Made by a program: the position numbers and the translations under genes. From an uncultured Ignavibacteria bacterium (GTDB lineage Bacteria; Zixibacteria; MSB-5A5; SM1-73), in assembly GCA_964588305.1 (NCBI GenBank), contig CAZPOP010000001.1:56736-120735 (forward strand): a DNA stretch of 64,000 bases. The letters are read 5' to 3'. Shown here piece after piece: positions 57,956 to 64,000 of the stretch (the first letter of the stretch is position 1; every line of letters starts with the position of its first letter). The notes under the pieces were generated by a model. The model was not told the DNA's origin and did not search any database. It worked only from the letters and a program-made list of their open reading frames with translations.

Positions 57956-58390
57956 CTACAATTTAAGAAATTTATCCATGGCTTTTTTCTCATCACCCTT
58001 ACAACGAGCTACCAGGTACCAATACATAACTTGGCTATTAGCAACAGGCGCCCCATGATGTCTCAAAATGTCCAGAAGTTGTTTCAACTCTTGCTCTGCT
58101 TCGGGGAATCGTCCCACCTTACAGTACGCCATGGCCCGGATTTTCCTCACCTCGTATGAGTTGACCAGGCCTGGCGGGGCATCCAGCAAGTAGTCGTAAA
58201 GCACAATAGCCCCAGAGAAATCACCTCTCTCATACAAGACATTTGCTTGGTCATAAGTAGCTCGAGCTTGCTCAGGAGTGGCAATCTGCCCGGACGGCGG
58301 GACTTGAAGACTTGCATCAGCTTTGTCCCTAGAAGCTGGTTTTCCATATTTCCGAAGCTTTCTTCTAGACAACCAATGAAAGAATCCCAT
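57956..58390 (-). CDS. Tetratricopeptide-repeat-like protein
   Basis: TPR-like pattern (YDQANVLYERGDFSGAIVLYDYLL...AYCKVGRFPEAEQ). Confidence 0.5.
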   Translation of the reverse strand: MGFFHWLSRRKLRKYGKPASRDKADASLQVPPSGQIATPEQARATYDQANVLYERGDFSGAIVLYDYLLDAPPGLVNSYEVRKIRAMAYCKVGRFPEAEQELKQLLDILRHHGAPVANSQVMYWYLVARCKGDEKKAMDKFLKL

Positions 58391-58555
58391 TTTGTTTCCT
58401 TTCTATTGCGCTCGCCCAATCCTAGCTGACGTGTCCCAGATGAGCGAAGTCGCAAACCGGTTCGGACGCGGGAAGTGAAGTCGGCAACCCAGCATTATCT
58501 GCTGTTACGGACAATTCCCCTTTCAGAACCCCTTATAATAGAGAATTAACCTGAC

Positions 58556-59296
58556 TCACCTTCCCTTACCGAATCCAGACAGCCAAACCGGTATGAGGGC
58601 TCCAATTCCACCAGCAAAGGCCGGCCCTACATACAGGACTATAAGCGATATCAAACGGTCTGGTTTTTGACCACCTTCAGTTAGGAACCCTTCAACATGT
58701 GGTGCCAATAGCAGGACAACGAGTGTGAGGATAAAGGCCAGAATATAGCTGACCACCATGGCTCCTTCGAAGGGTCTAAACTTTCCTTTAGATCTCAGTT
58801 GGTCGATCTGTACTTTAATACCAGAGGAGATCAGAATCGTTCCAAGCACTCCTCCGACCACAGCTCCACCGATGCCGTGACGTACTCCCCCAATCATCAC
58901 CCCTATAAGAGAACCTATTCCAGAAAACGCAGAGATGCCTTTGTCTTTCGCCTCGTGTGTAATTTCTTCCTCTATTGCTTCTTTGACTGCTTTTTTCTGA
59001 GGGGGAGGCGTCTCACCTCGCTCTATGAGTAATTGCTTTACAGCTTCAAATTCTTCTTCTGAATACTGTTCTCTATCATTTTCTTCCCATATTTTCAGTA
59101 ACTCCTCGGTGTTTTCGGACTCCATATTTTTGCGAATTTCCTGTACTAATTCTCTGTCCGTGAGTTGGAGGGCAGTCTGCTGATTTGGTATCACATTGTT
59201 AGCCCCACAATGTTTACACTCTGCCATTTCTCCTCGTTTCAGGAACTTAACTATAATATCTTCTCCGCAATTTTGACATTTAAATTTAAAAGCCAT
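58556..59296 (-). CDS. Zinc-ribbon membrane protein (hypothetical)
   Basis: N-terminal CQNCG...CKHCG ribbon, acidic linker, then C-terminal Gly-zipper TM segments. Confidence 0.45.
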   Translation of the reverse strand: MAFKFKCQNCGEDIIVKFLKRGEMAECKHCGANNVIPNQQTALQLTDRELVQEIRKNMESENTEELLKIWEENDREQYSEEEFEAVKQLLIERGETPPPQKKAVKEAIEEEITHEAKDKGISAFSGIGSLIGVMIGGVRHGIGGAVVGGVLGTILISSGIKVQIDQLRSKGKFRPFEGAMVVSYILAFILTLVVLLLAPHVEGFLTEGGQKPDRLISLIVLYVGPAFAGGIGALIPVWLSGFGKGR

Positions 59297-59432
59297 TCTC
59301 AGCCTCCTTCCTTTTGCAAGACGGCAAATAACAAGTAATACCCGTATTATTGCGTTTTATTCGCAAAAAAAGGGGATTTTTCACCAGTTAGGCGAATATG
59401 CCGAACCACGAGTTGTTTAATGGCATTTTGCT

Positions 59433-59642
59433 TTATTTAGTAAGGTATTTCAAGCGTGTTTCACATTCCGGACAAACTTGATTCAACTTCCATTTTTGTT
59501 CACACTCAAGACACATTACGTTACCACATTGTTTAGAGTAAAGAGGCACACAACTCCGAAGATAAGATATAGCCTCACCATTTAATGTATCAGCAAGAGC
59601 TTGCCTCAGGGGGACTGTAGATGGCAACGCCACTTGTTTCAA
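59433..59642 (-). CDS. Small Cys-rich hypothetical protein
   Basis: TTG start. C-terminal CLECEQ...CPECE ribbon. Weak call. Confidence 0.25.
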   Translation of the reverse strand: MKQVALPSTVPLRQALADTLNGEAISYLRSCVPLYSKQCGNVMCLECEQKWKLNQVCPECETRLKYLTK

Positions 59643-60039
59643 ACCACATACACAACAGTATCTTTCACCTGTTTTGCGAAACTCAGCATTTTCGAACCGG
59701 TTATATTTATCATTATGTTTACATTTAACATCCGTTCTCAGTTTAAAACGTTTCTTATGTTGAGCCCCCCCTTTCTTTGCCTTGAAGCCTTAAAATCAAC
59801 AGTGGTTGCAGGAGTACATCGCTTGCGTTGAGCCTTTTTTGGTATGCGTTGGTACTCCTACTTGACCTTATGCCGTCCAAACAACTTGTCTAGGAGGCCT
59901 ATTCTGATACTCCTTTCTTTTGTGCGCGAAATGGCATATAACTATTAACAACCATCTTACTACTTTTATGACCATAAAGGGAAAATCTTTCCTGCCTGTC
60001 AGCAGACAGGGATTCCCTTTCCTCTGCCGTTCCACAACG

Positions 60040-60510
60040 TTACCTATAAGCATCTTGCCCAAAGAAGTATCTAAACCCGATAGCTCCGTTGAGACTAAAG
60101 TCTGTGCTGGGCGCCAAATCAAGTATGGGAACGATCTCAAGGAAAAAGTCGAAGGGTGACTTATCGAAAAGGTAGTCAATGCCCAAAGGAAAACGAACAC
60201 CCACTTTGCTGTCCTCCTCGAACTTGACCCGCCCGCCTATTCCATAATAAGGAAGCAACTCGCCTTTGTCTACATCAGAGAACCTGAACTTGTGCAGAAG
60301 GAAATCTCCGTGCACGTGCATGGAACTTTCCTTCTCGAATGACCAGGCGACTGCTCCATCGATTGCTGTGCCGTGTCCGGTCCACAGCTTGCCGCTTATT
60401 CCGGTAGGCTCGCCTAAGATGACTCCCAATCCAAAACCATGATTCTGTGCCTGAACACTGCCACAGATTAGCACTGCGGTTAGCACAAGAAAAATCATTG
60501 ACCTAACCAT
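60040..60510 (-). CDS. Small outer-membrane beta-barrel-like protein with signal peptide
   Basis: RBS AAAGGAGAG precedes ATG 60510. Signal peptide ends ...SVQAQ. Alternating amphipathic beta-strand pattern. C-terminal aromatic residue. Confidence 0.5.
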   Translation of the reverse strand: MVRSMIFLVLTAVLICGSVQAQNHGFGLGVILGEPTGISGKLWTGHGTAIDGAVAWSFEKESSMHVHGDFLLHKFRFSDVDKGELLPYYGIGGRVKFEEDSKVGVRFPLGIDYLFDKSPFDFFLEIVPILDLAPSTDFSLNGAIGFRYFFGQDAYR

Positions 60511-60617
60511 CTTAAACTCTCCTTTTTGGACCGACACCAGATGATCATCCCCATTGTCGCGTCTGTGACTGCAACCGGGAAAACTACGAGTTCGATTTTA
60601 TCCCCTGTTGCGGAATA

Positions 60618-61091
60618 CTACTCACAGCTACCTTTGCCAAAAACAAATCTGATCCCAAAGCCCGCCTTTAAATCACCTTCCGTCGCTGGCGTCAACTCCA
60701 GCAAAGGAACGATCTCAAAAAAGACGTCGAGAGGTGTTTTTGGGAAGAAGTAATCTATGCCCAAAGGAATTCGAAGCCCAACTTTGTTGCTGTCGGCAAA
60801 CTCAAACTTAGCTCCCATCCCGTAATAAGTCAGGAATTTGCCCTTCACCTCTTGTGACAGATGTTGGTGGTGGAGAAGGAAATCCCCGTGCAGATAGAAG
60901 AAATCATCCCCGTCATCTGACCAGGCAACCTCTGCATCAATTGCCGTGCTCTTTCCTATCCACAGCTTGGTGCTTATTCCTGTTGGATCATCCACAATAA
61001 TGCCCAGTCCAAAACCTTTGCCCTGTGCTTCAACCGCGCCGCAGGTTGCCAGGGCCGTTAGTGCAATAACCAGAATCCACCTAACCGTCAT
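60618..61091 (-). CDS. Small outer-membrane beta-barrel-like protein (tandem paralog)
   Basis: About 45% identical to the downstream gene, with the same GFGLG...PTGIS..LW.G...AID..VAWS...HGDFLLH core. ATG 61091 follows an AAGGAA RBS. Confidence 0.5.
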   Translation of the reverse strand: MTVRWILVIALTALATCGAVEAQGKGFGLGIIVDDPTGISTKLWIGKSTAIDAEVAWSDDGDDFFYLHGDFLLHHQHLSQEVKGKFLTYYGMGAKFEFADSNKVGLRIPLGIDYFFPKTPLDVFFEIVPLLELTPATEGDLKAGFGIRFVFGKGSCE

Positions 61092-61213
61092 AACAGTTCC
61101 TTTCTTTGAAAATGTCTTCTTTGTAAGAAGCGCTCCAGCCTTGGACAAGTGTCATGCTTAGTTGCCGTTGTTACTGGCAGCGTTGTGCACATTCGTCTCC
61201 AGGCGCATATCTG

Positions 61214-61579
61214 TTATCGAAACTCCACCAATTCATGAACGTTGCCAAATGGATCTTTGAAGGCTGCATACACACCCGCAGGGAACTTCTGCGGCGTTTC
61301 GTGGATGAATTCGACTCCTTTGTTCTTCAAGTCATTCATGCTGGAAGTCAGATCATCGGTCTGAATACAAATCAGAGTTTGGACCACGCTCGGGTAGTCT
61401 ATTTGTGCCGGCTTGTCTGCCTCATGCAAGAGGAGACGGCATCCTTCATGAACTAAATCCACGGCAACCGGATGATAGTAATGCTCTTTCGAGACTTCAA
61501 ACCCCAAGGTGTTGCTGTACCAGTCCATGGCCTTATCGAGGTCGCTAACGCCAATTTGGATAATACAAACGTTCGGCAT
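61214..61579 (-). CDS. VOC (glyoxalase/bleomycin-resistance) family protein
   Basis: 121 aa with a paired beta-alpha-beta-beta-beta module pattern. C-terminal FKDPFGN...EL is typical of VOC. Confidence 0.75.
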   Translation of the reverse strand: MPNVCIIQIGVSDLDKAMDWYSNTLGFEVSKEHYYHPVAVDLVHEGCRLLLHEADKPAQIDYPSVVQTLICIQTDDLTSSMNDLKNKGVEFIHETPQKFPAGVYAAFKDPFGNVHELVEFR

Positions 61580-61611
61580 TCTTCACCTGTTCTGGTTGCC
61601 TGTTGAAACAC

Positions 61612-63063
61612 CTATTCTGTCTCACGTTTTGAAAGCTTCCCCTTCAGGATTTCATTTACCAGTTTGGGATTCGCCTTTCCTTTGGTTTCTTTCATAACCT
61701 CGCCCACAAAAAACCCAAAGAGCTTTTTTTCTCCGGCATGATATCTTTCTACATTCTCCTCATATTCCTTTAATACACTTTCTATAATCAAAGTCAAATC
61801 CTTTTTGTCGGTTATCTGCACCAATCCTTTTTCTTCTATTATCTGTGAAGCTTCCTTCCCGGTCTCTGCCATCTGGGCAAACACCTCTTTTCCCATCTTC
61901 CCGCTGATGGTTCCCTGATCTATCGCTCTTAACAAACCCGCTAAATCCACCGGGCTGATTTTGAAATCTGTTATCCCAATCTTTCTCTGGTTCAATTCTC
62001 TTAAGATTTCTGTCATCACCCAATTGCTTACCTTTTTCCCATCCGCGTAGTTCTTCATGCACTCCTCATAATATTCCGCCAACTCTTTGGAGACAGTCAG
62101 AACTTCGGCGTCATATTCCGGGATTTGGTAATCCCGGATGAATCTCTCCCTCGTCTGATCCGGAAGTTCCGGTAGGTCTCTTCTGACCTGATGGAGCCAT
62201 TCATCTGAGATAGCCAAGGTGACCAGATCAGGCTCGGGGAAGTATCTGTAATCGTGAGATTCCTCCTTGCTCCTCATGACAAACGACATTTGCCTTCTTT
62301 CATCCCAGAGCAGGGTCTCCTTTTCTATGGTTCCGCCTTTTTCCAAAATGCCGATCTGCCTTCTTATCTCATAATCCAAAGCCTTCTCCACACCCCGGAA
62401 GGAATTCATGTTCTTGACTTCTGTGTTGATTCCTAATTCTTCCGCGCCCCTGGGTCTTACAGACACATTTGCATCGCATCGCAGTGCCCCCTCTTCCATA
62501 TTGCCGCTGCATACCCCAAGATATTGAACCATCTGCTTCAATTTGTTCAGGTACAGATATGCCTCCTGAGGAGAACTTATATCCGGCTCACTGACGATTT
62601 CAAGAAGAGGGATACCGCACCGGTTCATATCCACAGAGGTTCGCGCATCATCCCCCTCGTCTTCCGGATGCACTGATTTTCCAGCGTCCTCCTCCAGATG
62701 AATCCGGGTAATTCTGACTTTTTTACTGTCGCCGTTTGTTTGAATCTCGATGAAGCCAGCCGTAGCCAAAGGCTCTTCGTATTGGGATATCTGGTAGCCT
62801 TTGGGCAAATCGGGATAAAAATAATTCTTTCGGGCGAAGATGCTTTTGGGATTGACTTGTCCACCGACTGCCAAAACCATCTTTATAGCATACTCCACAG
62901 CCTTTTTGTTCAACACCGGCAAGACTCCTGGCATCCCCAGACAGACCGGACAGGTCTGGGTATTGGGGGGACTGCCAAATTTGGTGGAACATCCACAGAA
63001 TATCTTGGACTCTGTCAGAAGCTGAGCGTGAACCTCCAGGCCGATTTTGCTTTCGTATTCCAT
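61612..63063 (-). CDS. gatB: Asp-tRNA(Asn)/Glu-tRNA(Gln) amidotransferase subunit B
   Basis: IGLEVHAQL...CGC...CPVCLGMPGVLP N-terminus and GatB/YqeY C-domain. Confidence 0.9.
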   Translation of the reverse strand: MEYESKIGLEVHAQLLTESKIFCGCSTKFGSPPNTQTCPVCLGMPGVLPVLNKKAVEYAIKMVLAVGGQVNPKSIFARKNYFYPDLPKGYQISQYEEPLATAGFIEIQTNGDSKKVRITRIHLEEDAGKSVHPEDEGDDARTSVDMNRCGIPLLEIVSEPDISSPQEAYLYLNKLKQMVQYLGVCSGNMEEGALRCDANVSVRPRGAEELGINTEVKNMNSFRGVEKALDYEIRRQIGILEKGGTIEKETLLWDERRQMSFVMRSKEESHDYRYFPEPDLVTLAISDEWLHQVRRDLPELPDQTRERFIRDYQIPEYDAEVLTVSKELAEYYEECMKNYADGKKVSNWVMTEILRELNQRKIGITDFKISPVDLAGLLRAIDQGTISGKMGKEVFAQMAETGKEASQIIEEKGLVQITDKKDLTLIIESVLKEYEENVERYHAGEKKLFGFFVGEVMKETKGKANPKLVNEILKGKLSKRETE

Positions 63064-63090
63064 CTTCTCGGATTGACTCTTGGTTCTTCT

Positions 63091-63144
63091 CGCGTAGCGG
63101 AGTCTTTATGGCTCCGTGCAGAGGCGTGAAGCCTCTGCTACGCG
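63091..63144. repeat. Composite structured element homologous to 56858..56908
   Basis: Outer stem CGCGTAGC/GCTACGCG. Hairpins are CGGAGtctttatggCTCCG and GCAGAGGCgtgaaGCCTCTGC. The second hairpin covaries with the first copy (GAAAGC/GCTTTC vs AGAGGC/GCCTCT) and keeps the loop yTGAAG. Confidence 0.55.
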
Positions 63145-63211
63145 GTAATCAGACCGGACCTTCGCAGGCTAGACCTTGCGGCTACCAAAACCATGATTCT
63201 GAGTCTTGTAG

Positions 63212-63237
63212 GTCGAGCATGGCGAAGCCTGCTCGAC
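63212..63237. repeat. Hairpin element GTCGAGCAtggcgaagccTGCTCGAC (inverted copy of 56084..56109 with compensatory stem change)
   Basis: Loop is the reverse complement of the 56084 copy. The stem A:T becomes G:C on both arms. Flanking CTACAAG / CTTGTAG are also conserved. Confidence 0.6.
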
Positions 63238-63256
63238 ATTCCTTCTCCGAAAAAGG

Positions 63257-63997
63257 CTATTTGACATTATCTCTAATCAATGCAAGCATCTCGTCAAGCC
63301 CCTGTATCATTCGGCGGTAGCTGCCAACAAAGAAATCCGGTAACTCATCTCTTTCCTGCTGAAGTCTAGATAGCTCCTCAGGGTTTTGGACATTCTTCAG
63401 GAAAGACTCGAAGTACGTCGCTGTCGAGCATTTTCTGTGGACTATTTGCCGACGTCTTCGGTTAATTGTGTCCTTGTATTGCTCTTCTTTAAATCTCAAA
63501 AGACTTTGGAAATTTCGGTCTGCTGCTAGTTCTGTAGCGAGCTTGTCCATTAGAGGCGAAAAATATACTTTCTCTGAGTCACTTTCAGCTTGAAAAAAGA
63601 TATTCAAGAAATTTGCGACTCTATTCCAGAAGTTGTATAAACGCATAAACACATCGTCGACAAAGTAGAAAAAGCGGTTGTCCAGTTCCGTCTCGAATAA
63701 ACCGCCTATGGGACCGTATTGGCTTCGAGTTATTTGGAATCTTACCAAGCCTATTTCGGATAACAAAAGTGCATTGGCGATCGCAAATCTCGCCTCACGC
63801 CCAATGCGAAGCAAATCTTCCTCTTGGAAGTCCACCTGTCCGTTCTTGTTGTATTTGGGTCTCAGATGACCTATGTGCTCCGCAAACTTCTTAAAGTAGT
63901 TACCCTCGTGGACCACATCAATTAGCCGCTGCTGTTTGAAAATCCTATGGATTTCTTCTAAATAACGTTTGAAGGTTTCTCGTGAGGTTGTCCTCAT
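63257..63997 (-). CDS. Hypothetical protein (246 aa)
   Basis: ORF with ATG 3 nt from the window end. No family recognised. Confidence 0.4.
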   Translation of the reverse strand: MRTTSRETFKRYLEEIHRIFKQQRLIDVVHEGNYFKKFAEHIGHLRPKYNKNGQVDFQEEDLLRIGREARFAIANALLLSEIGLVRFQITRSQYGPIGGLFETELDNRFFYFVDDVFMRLYNFWNRVANFLNIFFQAESDSEKVYFSPLMDKLATELAADRNFQSLLRFKEEQYKDTINRRRRQIVHRKCSTATYFESFLKNVQNPEELSRLQQERDELPDFFVGSYRRMIQGLDEMLALIRDNVK

Positions 63998-64000
63998 GAC

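Overview
This 64-kb window looks like chromosome from a diderm bacterium with a type IX secretion system (T9SS). The evidence is T9SS C-terminal sorting domains, a canonical bamA-skp-lpxD block and about 50% GC. I recognised no rRNA, tRNA or CRISPR array.

Positions 1 to about 16.3 kb are mostly plus-strand:
- an anaerobe-type cluster that looks like Fe-S or metallocofactor maturation (NifX-like, ferredoxin, DUF5320, FmdB ribbon, two MinD-like Fe-S ATPases, TauE, radical SAM, DUF89);
- a 1026-aa YdiJ-like FAD/Fe-S/CCG oxidoreductase with an unusual Met/Pro-rich C-terminal tail;
- a methionine module in which MetE appears split into two genes (an N-domain-like gene without Zn ligands plus a catalytic core), followed by a YitJ-like homocysteine methyltransferase/MTHFR fusion;
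- a Type II R-M pair.

After comEC and a gtrA/GT39 pair the coding strand flips at about 21.5 kb. Almost everything from there to 64 kb is minus-strand:
- osmC, trxA, lpxD-skp-bamA, rplU with no adjacent rpmA, rng, DUF116, fmt-def, yajC, tgt, a flavin reductase and radA;
- a four-helix-bundle (IVS-type) gene flanked by inverted repeats;
- mlaE and mlaF separated by an AT-rich BcgI-like (Type IIB-like) R-M insertion;
- dnaB, an uncharacterised protein with a PD-(D/E)xK nuclease motif, udg and coaBC;
- two tandem T9SS-secreted Ycf48/BNR-repeat propeller proteins that share a near-identical block of about 1 kb;
- purH, purC, purN;
- an orphan MNT nucleotidyltransferase next to small unknown proteins;
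- two small OM barrel-like paralogs, a VOC protein and gatB.

The intergenic DNA is unusually rich in several families of short hairpin and MITE/BIME-like repeats. Copies within a family differ by compensatory substitutions that keep the stems paired.
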